Shown here piece after piece: positions 1-9,475 of a stretch of DNA of 64,000 bases (position 1 is the first letter of the stretch; every line of letters begins with the position of its first letter). The translations under genes were made by a program, and so were the position numbers. This stretch comes from an uncultured delta proteobacterium. GTDB taxonomy: Bacteria; Desulfobacterota; Desulfobacteria; Desulfobacterales; JAFDCJ01. Where the stretch lies: assembly GCA_963769935.1 (NCBI GenBank), contig CAVYNY010000018.1, positions 224,001-288,000 on the forward strand, read 5' to 3'. The notes below the pieces were generated by a model. That model did not search any database and was not told where the DNA came from. It saw nothing but the letters and a program-made list of their open reading frames with translations.

Positions 1-130
1 AGACAAATAAAGAAGAGGCCTACAACTTCTGGATATGGGCTTTGAGATTATCGGCACCTTGCCCCGCGCTTTCAATCACAAACAACTGGGGCTGGTCGAT
101 GCGCTGGTCATGTATCGGAGTCTTGCATGA
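1..130 (+). pseudogene. C-terminal part of a GNAT-family N-acetyltransferase (cut by the window edge, apparently frameshifted)
   Basis: 35..130 reads MGFEIIGTLPRAFNHKQLGLVDALVMYRSLA*, a typical GNAT C-terminus. That frame has TAA at 8-10, while another frame reads TNKEEAYNFW. Confidence 0.5.
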
Positions 131-137
131 AGAAGGA

Positions 138-419
138 TTACGAATTCACATTCATACCTTTAACGATGATGTAGGTCGGCTCTGTTTTATGGCAAGCTTC
201 GATTAGTTTCAGTGCAAATCGGGCGTTTTCAAGTTCGGTACTCGCAAAAGAGATCCCGCTTTCGTATTTGCCGTCTTCGGTTTTGCAGCTGTGGACGACC
301 CGGCCCTTGCTTTCAATCAGATTGCCATCCGACTCTACAGCGACCAGATTGAACATGGAATTAAAAGGTCTTTGCCGTCCGGGTGATGCGGTCATTGTCG
401 ACAATCCTTTTGACACCAT
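138..419 (-). CDS. PilZ-domain-like protein, probably only the C-terminal half
   Basis: LIESKGRVVHS...GKYESGISF resembles the PilZ beta-barrel C-terminus; the N-terminal RxxxR and (D/N)xSxxG motifs are absent. Confidence 0.4.
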   Translation of the reverse strand: MVSKGLSTMTASPGRQRPFNSMFNLVAVESDGNLIESKGRVVHSCKTEDGKYESGISFASTELENARFALKLIEACHKTEPTYIIVKGMNVNS

Positions 420-491
420 CGGCTATTTTTCGTATGACTCCGCATAACCAATCATGGATGCCAACCGAGAACTTAAACTAGGAGAGCAACG

Positions 492-845
492 ATGCAAGCT
501 GAAATCGTACAGGAAGAAAAAACCTCGATCAGCAGTTCCACCTCTATCGTTGGAGATATAAAGGCTGAAGAACACCTGATCATAAACGGCACCATAAAGG
601 GCAACATAGATATCAGAAATTACAACCTCTTTATCGGTCCCAATGGTAGCGTAGACGGTGAAGTCCATGCAAAAAACGTACGAATCAGAGGCCATATGAA
701 AGGGCGGATTGAGGCAAAAGAAAAAGTTGAAATTACCACCGAGGCCTATTTTTCGGGGGAAATTAAAAGCAAAAGTATTTCGGTCGAAAAGGGTGCCTAT
801 TTTGATGCCCTGGTAGATTTGGGGCGCAACTCCTCCAGAACCTGA
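492..845 (+). CDS. Bactofilin (polymer-forming cytoskeletal protein, CcmA family)
   Basis: Beta-helix repeats IVGDI, INGTIKGNI, IGPNGSVDGEVHAKNVRIRG, GEIKSKSISVEKGAYF; AGGAG RBS upstream. Confidence 0.88.
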   Translation: MQAEIVQEEKTSISSSTSIVGDIKAEEHLIINGTIKGNIDIRNYNLFIGPNGSVDGEVHAKNVRIRGHMKGRIEAKEKVEITTEAYFSGEIKSKSISVEKGAYFDALVDLGRNSSRT

Positions 846-920
846 TCTTCAGTGGAAACGTACCTCACGAAAAAAATATAGCAGCGTTTCCGATGCAAAC
901 TGAAAGATCCAAGCGACGAA

Positions 921-1110
921 ATGGATAAAATCCAGCTTATTTTTTTCTTTATCAGCGGCTTTCTGGTCTCACGCCTGATGATCGAAGTCCGACTGCCTCA
1001 GCGGATCGTTTTTGGGTTTATCGGCAAAAAACCTCTCCCTGGCTAAAATCCTGGTCTACCTGATTGCCACATCCGCATTTTTATCTTCGTTTCTTTTATC
1101 TTTAGTGCGG
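921..1110 (+). pseudogene. Frameshifted, truncated fragment of a membrane permease (SLC13/anion permease-like)
   Basis: MDKIQLIFFFISGFLVSRLMIEVRLPQRIVFGFIGKK, shift in the A-run near 1026-1031, then NLSLAKILVYLIATSAFLS; truncated against the convergent gene. Confidence 0.4.
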
Positions 1111-1118
1111 TTAAAAAT

Positions 1119-3404
1119 TCAGTGCTTTTTCCCGCAACCCCTGAGCCCTTTAAGAATCTTTTCCGCCGTGATGGGCAGATCCTTAATTCTCACACCGGTG
1201 GCGTTATAGACGGCATTGACAATGGCCGGTGCCGCCGGATCCAGCGAACCCTCACCGGTTTCCTTGGCGCCGAAGGGGCCGTGGGGGTCGTCCGTAATCA
1301 CATGGGTTATCTTGATTTCAGGCATCTGGCGGGCCGTGGGGACGCCATAGCTTAAAAAAGACGGATTCATCGTCTGGCCGCCTTCCAAAACCAGCTGTTC
1401 TGAAATTGCGTAGCCCATCCCCATGCCGATACATCCCTCAATTTGCCCCTCCACGGACAGGGGATTCAGCGGTTGTCCGCAGTCATGGGCCACGGTAAAT
1501 TTATTTATCCTGACTTCACCGGTTTTCAGGCTGACCTCCGCCTCACAGATATAGGCCCCGAAGCTGTAGGTAGGTGAAAGCGGATCCGGTGAATTGTAAG
1601 AGCCCTGGGCGACCAGCGGCGCGCCGTTGTTTTTTTCCCGGTATAAATTGACGGCATCTGCAAAAGATAAATATCGGTCCGGGCTGCCTTTGACAGCGAT
1701 CCTGCGATCCCGGGCTATTAAATCGTCTGGATTGGCCTCAAGTTCATCGGAGGCCGCTTTAAATATCTGTGCTTTAATCGCATTGGCCGCATTCAGGGCC
1801 GCGTTTCCCGCAGCCACGGTGACGCGACTGGAATAGGTGCCCATGTCCGGCGGTGTCAGCTGCGTGTCGGCACTGGTCAGTTGAATATCTTCCAGGGGCA
1901 GCCCCAGCACCTCGGCTACGATCTGGCAGATTACGCTGTCCGATCCCTGGCCGATGTCGGAAGCGCCGGTAAACACACCGATTCCACCCCCTTCAGCAAC
2001 CCGGATGCCAACGGAAGAATGCGCCGAAGTGGTTTTATTGAAATAAAATCCGGCACCCGAGGGAAACCCGCCGCATCCCAGGCCGATGCCGTAAACTTTA
2101 TCATCATCTTTTTTTTGGGCATATCGCTTCTGTTTCCATCCGCTCCGGGCCGCAGCATTTTCCAGGCATTCGCGAAACCCGGAGCTGACGATCTTGAATC
2201 CGGCTGCCGATTCATCTCCTGTCTGCAGGCCGTTTTTAACAGCCATTTCCACCGGGTCCAGTCCCAGATCTTCGGCAATCATGTCCAGTTGAACGTCCTG
2301 CGCAAAATGAACCTGGGGCCCGCCGTGACCCCGCATGGCGCCGCAGGGCGGTTTGTTGGTGTAAATCCGGTAGCCGTCGTATTGGAAATGTTCAAACTTA
2401 AAGGGCAGGGTTTGAAAGGTTCCGATCAGAACCGTGGTCAAAGGACCCAAACTGCAGTAAGCACCACCGTCCAACACGGCCAGGCACTGGCGGGCAATGA
2501 TGGTTCCGTCTTTTTTTACACCGGTTTTCATTGTTATCTGAGTGGGATGCTTTCGGCGGGCGGCCATGAATTCTTCATCCCGCGAGCACACGAGTTTAAC
2601 CGGCCGATCGGCATGCTTGGAAAGCAGGGCGGCACAAAATTCCACCGCGGACAGTCCGTCGGACTTGCCGCCGAACCCGCCCCCAACGTAAGGTTTGATC
2701 ACCCGGATATTGTCCGGGTTCATATCCAGGGTAAGCCCCAGATGCTGCTGGACGTAATAGGGCGTCTGGGTCGAGGTGTACACCGTGAGTTTACCGGATT
2801 GATCCCAGCCGGCCAGCGCGGCTCGGGGCTCCATATAGCAGTGGATGGCCGATTGGGTGGTAAATGTGTCCTCTCGAATATGGTCGCATTTCTCAAAAGC
2901 TTTTTGCGGCTCTCCCTTTTTGAGGTGATATTCGCGGCTGATGTTGTGGGGTGCATGCTCATGGATCTGAACGGCGCCGGGTTTTCTGGCCTCCAAGGGA
3001 TCGAAGACCGCCGGCAGTTTTTCATATTCGACCTTTATTAAATCCAGCGCCTCCAGGGCTGTATCCGCATCGACGGCGGCAACGGCCGCCACTTCTTCGC
3101 CGATAAAGCGCACTTTGTCCACTGCCAGCGGATATTCGTCCATATATTTGGGGGAACGGGAAATGATACCGAATTTTATTTTAGGCGTATCGTCCCCGGT
3201 TACGATGGCTTTGACGCCGGTCAGTTTAAGAGCGCGGGAAACATCGATGTGGACAATTCTCGCATGGGGCAGGGGACTGCGCAGAATCCTGCCGCACAGC
3301 ATTCCCGGCAAGGATAGATCATCGGTGTAGAGCGCCTTGCCGGTGACTTTGTCTTTGGCATCCACCCGCGGCAGCCGTTTGCCGATGAGATTGTATTGGT
3401 TCAT
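1119..3404 (-). CDS. Xanthine dehydrogenase family molybdopterin-binding subunit (4-hydroxybenzoyl-CoA reductase alpha/HcrA-like)
   Basis: 761 aa; IGKRLPRVDAKDKVTG, YVGGGFGGK, PPCGAMRGHG, DIGQGS, TYSSRVT, VEGQIEG, GPFGAKETGE motifs. Confidence 0.9.
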   Translation of the reverse strand: MNQYNLIGKRLPRVDAKDKVTGKALYTDDLSLPGMLCGRILRSPLPHARIVHIDVSRALKLTGVKAIVTGDDTPKIKFGIISRSPKYMDEYPLAVDKVRFIGEEVAAVAAVDADTALEALDLIKVEYEKLPAVFDPLEARKPGAVQIHEHAPHNISREYHLKKGEPQKAFEKCDHIREDTFTTQSAIHCYMEPRAALAGWDQSGKLTVYTSTQTPYYVQQHLGLTLDMNPDNIRVIKPYVGGGFGGKSDGLSAVEFCAALLSKHADRPVKLVCSRDEEFMAARRKHPTQITMKTGVKKDGTIIARQCLAVLDGGAYCSLGPLTTVLIGTFQTLPFKFEHFQYDGYRIYTNKPPCGAMRGHGGPQVHFAQDVQLDMIAEDLGLDPVEMAVKNGLQTGDESAAGFKIVSSGFRECLENAAARSGWKQKRYAQKKDDDKVYGIGLGCGGFPSGAGFYFNKTTSAHSSVGIRVAEGGGIGVFTGASDIGQGSDSVICQIVAEVLGLPLEDIQLTSADTQLTPPDMGTYSSRVTVAAGNAALNAANAIKAQIFKAASDELEANPDDLIARDRRIAVKGSPDRYLSFADAVNLYREKNNGAPLVAQGSYNSPDPLSPTYSFGAYICEAEVSLKTGEVRINKFTVAHDCGQPLNPLSVEGQIEGCIGMGMGYAISEQLVLEGGQTMNPSFLSYGVPTARQMPEIKITHVITDDPHGPFGAKETGEGSLDPAAPAIVNAVYNATGVRIKDLPITAEKILKGLRGCGKKH

Positions 3405-3433
3405 GGCCGGACCTTTCTGTTAGTTGGGTGATT

Positions 3434-3519
3434 GTATACCCGCCTGCGCGGGTATGACGGCTGTTTTAACTAACCGATATTAATATCATAATTGTCATTC
3501 TCGCGCAGGCGGGTATCCA
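3434..3519. repeat. Inverted pair of REP-like palindromes (REPIN-like)
   Basis: GTATACCCGCCTGCGCGGGTATGAC (3434-3458) is a near reverse complement of GTCATTCTCGCGCAGGCGGGTATCCA (3494-3519). Confidence 0.75.
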
Positions 3520-3577
3520 GAAAAACCGGGAATCTCTACTTTTTACGATTTCATCAATAACTAATAGCAAACAACCC

Positions 3578-5659
3578 TCAACCGGCTTTGTAAACCCGGC
3601 ATACAAGCCCGCGCAGGTTGGCGCTGCCCATGGCCGGATCGTGGGGCGGCGAGCTGTCGGTGAGCAGATTTAAATTGGCTTCCTGCCACCCGTAGAGTTC
3701 GGTGGGCCCTTTTTCCGGAAACCACCAACCGAAGGCCGCGACCGCCACCCGGCGATCGAGATCGGCATTTAGCCGCAGGGTTTGCCGGATCTTGCCCCGC
3801 GGGGTTTCGATGTGCACCCGATCCCCTTCCTCCAGGCCGAGTTTGGCCGCGGTTTCAGGATGCAGCTCCACCAGGGGCTCCGGCGAAAGTTTACGCAGGC
3901 TTGGGATGTTGCGATGGCTGGCGTGGTAGAAAAACGGATTCTTGCTGCTGGTGAGCACCAGGGGAAATTCAGATGTCAACTCCGGCGAGCCGAAAGGCGT
4001 CAGCCTTGGCTCGGCGAATACCGGCAGCGGATCGATGCCCATCTCCCGCAGCGGTTCGGAAAACAGCTCCACCTTGCCGGAACGCGTGGCAAATCCCCGG
4101 GCTTCGAACTTTCGGTAATGATGTTCGACGCAATAAATTCCCAGGTTCTTGAGTTGATCATAGTTCAAACCGGCCGGTGCCAGAACGGCATCCAGGGCAG
4201 CTGACTCGTCCCGCCAGAAATATCGGCCGAATCCCATCCTAGCGGCGATCAAATTGATCCACTGCATATCCGAGCGGCACTCGCCGGACGGTGCAATAAT
4301 TCTGGGACGCGCCACCACACAGCCGCGATGCTGCAAGAGATCATCATATTCCAGGTGAGCGGCCACCGGCAGCACGATGTCGGCCATGGCAACCGTAGGG
4401 GTCATAAAAAGGTCGGCGACCACCATAAAATCCAGCTTTTGAAACGCTGCAAAAGTTTCCTGAGCGCCGGCATATGTCAGCAGGGGATTGCTGCCGAAGA
4501 TCAGGCCCGCTTTGAGCGGGTAAGGCTGTTGCGAAAGAATTGCCTTGCTGGCTTCCTGGCTCGGCACAAAACCGGCCTGGGCGGCCAGCTTGAACCGGCT
4601 ACCTGGTCCGGCGGGGAGGGTCCGGACGGATTCGCAGTCCTGACAGAATTCGGCACCACTCAACAGTGGAACGTTGTCCGGAAAAGCAGCGCCACCGGGA
4701 ACATCCAGATTCCCGGTAAGCGCCATCAAAATAGCAACCGCCCGGCAGGCCTGAAAAGCGTTGCTGGTCTGGTCCAGGGCATTTCCCCACTGAATGGCAG
4801 CAGGCTTGGCGGCGGCAAACAGCCGGGCGGCCTGTTCAATAAGCGATTGCGGCACCCAGGTTTTTTCCGCCACTTCAGCGGGCGGGTACGCCGCGATGAA
4901 ATTTTTGAAACGGTCAAAACCAACCGTCCATTCTTCGACAAAGCCGGCGTCATAAAGCTTTTCATTTATGATTACGTTCAGCATACCCAAGGCCAGCAGG
5001 CCGTCACTGCCGGGTCTGGGTTTGAGCCAGAGTTCGGCTCTCGCGGCCAGCGCAATTTTCCTGGGATCGATCACGATGAACCGGGTGCCCTTGTCAAACG
5101 CTGGACGGAATTGGCCCGGCGATCCGTCGCCGCCGGTTTGCAGAGAATTTCTGCCCCAGACGATGATGCATTGCGGCGGATGCTCGTAGTCAGGAAACGG
5201 CATGTCGCCGAATGTATAGCGGGCGGCCGTCGTTCTGGGCACATGGCAGTTGTTGTCCACACTTACCGTGTTGGGTGTTCCCAGGACCCGGGCAAATCTC
5301 TGGATAAAATCTCGCTCAAGCCCGCGATAGGCACCGACGTAAAGCAGGATGGACTCCGGCCCGCAATTTTCGGCATAGCCCTTGAGCTTGCCGGCAAGGG
5401 TCTCCAGGGCCTCATCCGTCGATATCGGCTGCCATCGATCCGCACCTTTGCGGCCGATTCGTTTTAACGGCACTGTCAGCCGATCCGGATGATACAACAG
5501 TTCAGGAAGCGCGCGGCCCTTGGGGCAGATGACGCCCCGGTTGAAGGGGCAATCCGGATCGCCCTTGATGTGCGTGATCCTTTGGCCTTCCAGGGTCACC
5601 AATATACCGCAGGTGCCGCTGCAAAGCCGTGCGCAAAAAGACTTGACGGTCGTCTCCAT
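3578..5659 (-). CDS. Mo/W-bisPGD oxidoreductase (DMSO reductase family, acetylene-hydratase-like clade), no signal peptide
   Basis: 693 aa; N-terminal CxxxCxxxC...CPKG 4Fe-4S motif, HPDRLTVPLKR, VIDPR, PRPGSD, ADIVLP, C-terminal molybdopterin dinucleotide-binding domain. Confidence 0.9.
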   Translation of the reverse strand: METTVKSFCARLCSGTCGILVTLEGQRITHIKGDPDCPFNRGVICPKGRALPELLYHPDRLTVPLKRIGRKGADRWQPISTDEALETLAGKLKGYAENCGPESILLYVGAYRGLERDFIQRFARVLGTPNTVSVDNNCHVPRTTAARYTFGDMPFPDYEHPPQCIIVWGRNSLQTGGDGSPGQFRPAFDKGTRFIVIDPRKIALAARAELWLKPRPGSDGLLALGMLNVIINEKLYDAGFVEEWTVGFDRFKNFIAAYPPAEVAEKTWVPQSLIEQAARLFAAAKPAAIQWGNALDQTSNAFQACRAVAILMALTGNLDVPGGAAFPDNVPLLSGAEFCQDCESVRTLPAGPGSRFKLAAQAGFVPSQEASKAILSQQPYPLKAGLIFGSNPLLTYAGAQETFAAFQKLDFMVVADLFMTPTVAMADIVLPVAAHLEYDDLLQHRGCVVARPRIIAPSGECRSDMQWINLIAARMGFGRYFWRDESAALDAVLAPAGLNYDQLKNLGIYCVEHHYRKFEARGFATRSGKVELFSEPLREMGIDPLPVFAEPRLTPFGSPELTSEFPLVLTSSKNPFFYHASHRNIPSLRKLSPEPLVELHPETAAKLGLEEGDRVHIETPRGKIRQTLRLNADLDRRVAVAAFGWWFPEKGPTELYGWQEANLNLLTDSSPPHDPAMGSANLRGLVCRVYKAG

Positions 5660-6343
5660 TTTTCAAATCCTTAGGCGCCTAATTGTAATTTCTTGGCATT
5701 TTATGAAGTCCTCCTCAGGCGGCGGATCGCCACCAAGACACAAAGACTCGAAGAACGGTCAGCGATGCCCCTTTCCGGCCGGAAAAGCCCCGCGAAATCT
5801 CCGCCATCGACGGCAGGTGCCAAACGGATGTGGAAATCGATACAAAAACCATGCCGACAATGAGCAGAGGATAAATCGGAGCAAGCAGGATCCAAGGTCC
5901 TCTCCGGTGTAGATGCAGCCGCAGCAAAATTCCGTCGTCTTGCAAACCAAATAGCTGCTCGGCTCAACGTCTCCCTTACCACCGACCCTTCAGTGTGTGC
6001 AACGGTCAAATCAGCTGGGATGATTTTTTTTGACTAAATTCCGAATTTCGGACGGGGTTGGTTGGTGGAAGGGTGAAGGGGCTTAGGCGGGACGGAAAAG
6101 TTCCTAAAATCCAAAAAGCTACGATTGGCCGCGGTGTAACCTTTTAGGCATCGATTGCAGATTGCTTTTTTGTCCTTATTTTTATAGATTCATTCGTTCA
6201 GAAGATTTTAAGTTTTTCGTCAAACCCGTGCGGCCTGTCTCCGCGAACGCGGAGGCCGGGCATCCGTTTCAATCTATGCCGAATTTTTTTATTTCTGCCA
6301 TCGCAGGAATGAGGATCCGTATCGCAATTCAAATAACAGGCTT

Positions 6344-7408
6344 ATGCTCAACATAGACGACATAACACGGCAGGTTCTTTGCAATTGTGAGATTTCCGAC
6401 GCCCATCACGCCGGGATGTATTCCATTTGCGGGCTGGCATTGCGACTGCGTGACCTTTTTAAATGGGATCATGAATTGCCGCCCTGGGAAGAAAGGGACT
6501 CCACCGAAGTGCTGGAATGGATTGAAGCCAAGGAAAACAAATGGGAGCAGTATGCGGAAAAGGATTTCAGACGAATCTCTATTAATGGAAAAGAATTCGA
6601 TCCCCTTGATACCATCGGCATCAATACGCTTTTAGAACCCTATGGCGTTATGTATGGAGCCGGTTATGCCCGCAGCCTCAAACCAACGTTTTTTCTGGCA
6701 ACTATCACTGAAAAATCACAAATAAACGGTACGCCGATCTACACGCTTGATCGCGAGCTGGCTCGCGATCTGCTGACCATTCCTGCTCTTTGCCAGGATG
6801 GCTGTGTGCTATTGCGGCAGGAATCTGCCAGACTGTTTCTGTGGGACAGTATCTTTTACACAAAGAAATCGGCCCGGCCCGCCCTTAACTTTGCGCTGGA
6901 TAGCTGCGGAATAAAAGATCGGCAACCCAAAGCCCTGCGCCGCGAATTAACCGCCATTCTGGCAGCTCAAAAAACAACTTACATATACCATGAAATCGGC
7001 GAATTGAAAGACACCGTCTTTGATCGCGGCCTCTGGCGCGAAATCATCGCTGCATTTCCTTACTCCCCGGTGGAATACCTGGCGCGGGCCGTCAAAGACC
7101 TTTTAGCCGATACAAATCAATATGGCACACTTCGGCATATAATCCAGGAGCGCAAAACGGCTTCGCTGGCGTTTTATGCGGCTTTTCTGGATGGCCTGGC
7201 CAAAGAATTCTTCCCGGAGCTTTCGACGGCCTTTCAGGAATTCACGCAATCAATGGATTGGGCCATTATCGAGCATGCCGTTTCCAGTGGTCACCAGACA
7301 GCGATTAACCATGCCGGATTAATCATGGATTTCTACCGGGAGGGCGTCTGTAAAAATGATTTGAAATGGGCTGAAAAACAAATCCAGAAACGATTACTGG
7401 GTAAGTAG
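6344..7408 (+). CDS. Conserved hypothetical protein (Sfum_1244-like family)
   Basis: 354 aa; NCEISDAHHAGMYSICGLALRLRDLFKW, YGAGY, KPTFFL and HEIGE motifs; family name recalled, not searched. Confidence 0.65.
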   Translation: MLNIDDITRQVLCNCEISDAHHAGMYSICGLALRLRDLFKWDHELPPWEERDSTEVLEWIEAKENKWEQYAEKDFRRISINGKEFDPLDTIGINTLLEPYGVMYGAGYARSLKPTFFLATITEKSQINGTPIYTLDRELARDLLTIPALCQDGCVLLRQESARLFLWDSIFYTKKSARPALNFALDSCGIKDRQPKALRRELTAILAAQKTTYIYHEIGELKDTVFDRGLWREIIAAFPYSPVEYLARAVKDLLADTNQYGTLRHIIQERKTASLAFYAAFLDGLAKEFFPELSTAFQEFTQSMDWAIIEHAVSSGHQTAINHAGLIMDFYREGVCKNDLKWAEKQIQKRLLGK

Positions 7409-7495
7409 ATAAAAAATCAAATATTTCCGATATCATCATTTGGCTTGAATTTCAAAAAGAGAAGTCATTCAAATTGCAATAAAGTGGAGGAATAC

Positions 7496-8629
7496 ATGAT
7501 CCCATGTCAGCGTGAACTGTTTGATCTGCCTGTAAATGTCGCTTACCTGAATTGTGCCTATACATCCCCGCTGCTCAAAGCGGCGCAACAGGCCGGCTGG
7601 ACCGCGATACAGGCCAAAGCCAACCCCTGGACCATCAAGGCGGATGATTTTTTCAGCAACGCCGAAACTGCGCGCGAGTTGTTTGCGCGGTTAGTCGGCT
7701 GCAAACCCGACGATGTCGCCGTCATACCCGCCGTTTCCTATGGAATTGCCCTGGCGGCCCGAAATTTGCCGGTTGCAGCGGGTCAGTCCATTGTCGTTTT
7801 GCAGGATCAGTTTCCCTCGAATGTATACGCCTGGATGCGGGCGGCCCATGAAAAAAATGCCGTGGTCAAAATTGTTCAACGCCCGCCGGATAGTGATTGG
7901 ACGCCGGCGGTACTGGAAGCCGTTGACTCCGGCACCGCCGTCGTTGCAGTACCCAACTGCCACTGGACCGACGGGACCCTGCTTGATCTTGTAAAAATCG
8001 CCAAAAAATGCCGCGAAGTGCAGGCCGCCCTGGTGGTGGACGGTATCCAGTCCATCGGAGCCATGCCATTTTCAATTGACCGAGTTCAACCGGACTTTCT
8101 GGTCGCCGCATCGCACAAATGGCTGCTGGGTGCGTACAGCTTTGGGTTTTGTTATGTGTCACCGAAATGGCATGGCGGAACGCCTCTGGAAGAAAACTGG
8201 TTTAACCGCGCCGGCTCGGAGGACTTCGCCCGTCTGGTTGACTATCGCGCGTCTTACCAGCGCGGAGCAAGACGCTATGACCAGGGCGAAGCGAGCAATT
8301 TTATTCTTGCCCCGATCGCCGCGGCTGGGATCAGGCAGATATTGGAATGGGGTGTGGAGAATATTTCATCAACGTTGCAAATCAAAACAGAAGCAATCGC
8401 AGATCGTGCCCGGCAGATGGACCTCAATGTTGCACCGGCCCATGTAAGGGCGCCGCACATGATCGGACTATCCAGAGCGGGCGGTTTCGGTAAAGATCTG
8501 CCGGTCCTTTTGGCGCAGGATAATGTATTTGTCAGTGTCCGGGGAGAGTCCGTTCGCATATCACCGCATTTATACACCACTGATGAAGATATAAGCCGGC
8601 TTTTCGCGGTTCTCGAAAAGGTAGCTTAG
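7496..8629 (+). CDS. Aminotransferase class V fold PLP-dependent enzyme
   Basis: AYLNCAYTSP, VVDGIQSIG, ASHKWLLG (PLP Lys), VRISPHLY; GGAGG RBS before ATG 7496. Confidence 0.88.
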   Translation: MIPCQRELFDLPVNVAYLNCAYTSPLLKAAQQAGWTAIQAKANPWTIKADDFFSNAETARELFARLVGCKPDDVAVIPAVSYGIALAARNLPVAAGQSIVVLQDQFPSNVYAWMRAAHEKNAVVKIVQRPPDSDWTPAVLEAVDSGTAVVAVPNCHWTDGTLLDLVKIAKKCREVQAALVVDGIQSIGAMPFSIDRVQPDFLVAASHKWLLGAYSFGFCYVSPKWHGGTPLEENWFNRAGSEDFARLVDYRASYQRGARRYDQGEASNFILAPIAAAGIRQILEWGVENISSTLQIKTEAIADRARQMDLNVAPAHVRAPHMIGLSRAGGFGKDLPVLLAQDNVFVSVRGESVRISPHLYTTDEDISRLFAVLEKVA

Positions 8630-8674
8630 GCGCTGAAGGCTTTTTATCCGACGACTTGGTGTCAAAGAAAAAGA

Positions 8675-8831
8675 GGAATGGATTCTTATTTTAAAGAAAA
8701 TAATTGGATAGGATCAACAGGATCGTTAGGATCAGGCGGCCTTCAGCCGAAAGGCCCCTCTCCGCAGGCGAAAAAATTCCTGATAATCCTGTTAATCCTG
8801 TCTAAATAAAAATAAAATTCGAATCCATTCC
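8675..8831. repeat. Nested inverted-repeat element (MITE-like)
   Basis: Outer IR GGAATGGATTC/GAATCCATTCC; inner tandem (ACAGGAT)n and (ATCCTGT)n arms; central GGCCTTCAGCCGAAAGGCC hairpin. Confidence 0.7.
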
Positions 8832-8894
8832 GCATACCTTCATTGAAGTTTCACACGGTGTCAACCAGGCGCTGCCGAAATGCCCGGATCGAAT

Positions 8895-9458
8895 TCAGCT
8901 CAACAGAACTTCATACTCACTGAGTCTTTTATCTATTTTTCTGGCAGCGCCCAGCAGGGCATCCATTTGATCCCAGAATTTTGGGCTGTGGTTTTTGATG
9001 CGGGTGTGGACCAGTTCATGCAAAAGAGTGTAATCGATTAATTCTGGCGGCAGCCGCACCAGGTTAATGTTCAGATTTATATTGTTTTTATTGGAGCAAC
9101 TGCCCCATCTGGTTTTCTGATTTTTTATAAATACCCGGTTATAGCTAAAGCCATGCTTTTGGGCCAGCTGGTTGAGCCGGGTAATTAAAAGTGTTCGTGC
9201 TGCCGACCGATCGAGAGGACCGCTGTTTGCCAGCGTCTGCGCCCGTTCTTCAAGCCGCTCCATTTTGACGCGATACTTTTTAATCCACCCGGCCTTTGAT
9301 TGGGCAAATGATTTAGCCGTTTCAAAAGATACACCATAGGGAACCGCCACCCGCACGCCTTTAAACGGCCTTATGGATAAGCTGATCCGTTTGGCCCTGC
9401 GGCTGCGCTCAATTAATATGGTCCCGATGCTTCTCAGCTCAACTGTTTTCGAATTCAC
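8895..9458 (-). CDS. YgjP/DUF45-like metal-dependent hydrolase (M48/SprT-like)
   Basis: KNQKTRWGSCS, IDYTLLHELVH, NHSPKFW motifs. Confidence 0.88.
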   Translation of the reverse strand: MNSKTVELRSIGTILIERSRRAKRISLSIRPFKGVRVAVPYGVSFETAKSFAQSKAGWIKKYRVKMERLEERAQTLANSGPLDRSAARTLLITRLNQLAQKHGFSYNRVFIKNQKTRWGSCSNKNNINLNINLVRLPPELIDYTLLHELVHTRIKNHSPKFWDQMDALLGAARKIDKRLSEYEVLLS

Positions 9459-9475
9459 CTTCAGTTTGCCTCATA

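Noticed and set aside
1881..3041. 386-aa plus-strand ORF
   Set aside because: Antisense shadow of the XDH-family gene with no recognisable motifs
4328..5467. 379-aa plus-strand ORF
   Set aside because: Antisense shadow of the molybdopterin oxidoreductase gene
3578..5659. Calling this acetylene hydratase or formate dehydrogenase
   Set aside because: It lacks the acetylene hydratase catalytic Asp position, and has no in-frame UGA, Tat signal or FDH partner genes
5701..6009. Three overlapping short minus-strand ORFs upstream of the Mo enzyme gene, and a possible Moco/W riboswitch
   Set aside because: No family motif or clear RBS, and no match to the Moco RNA consensus that I can support
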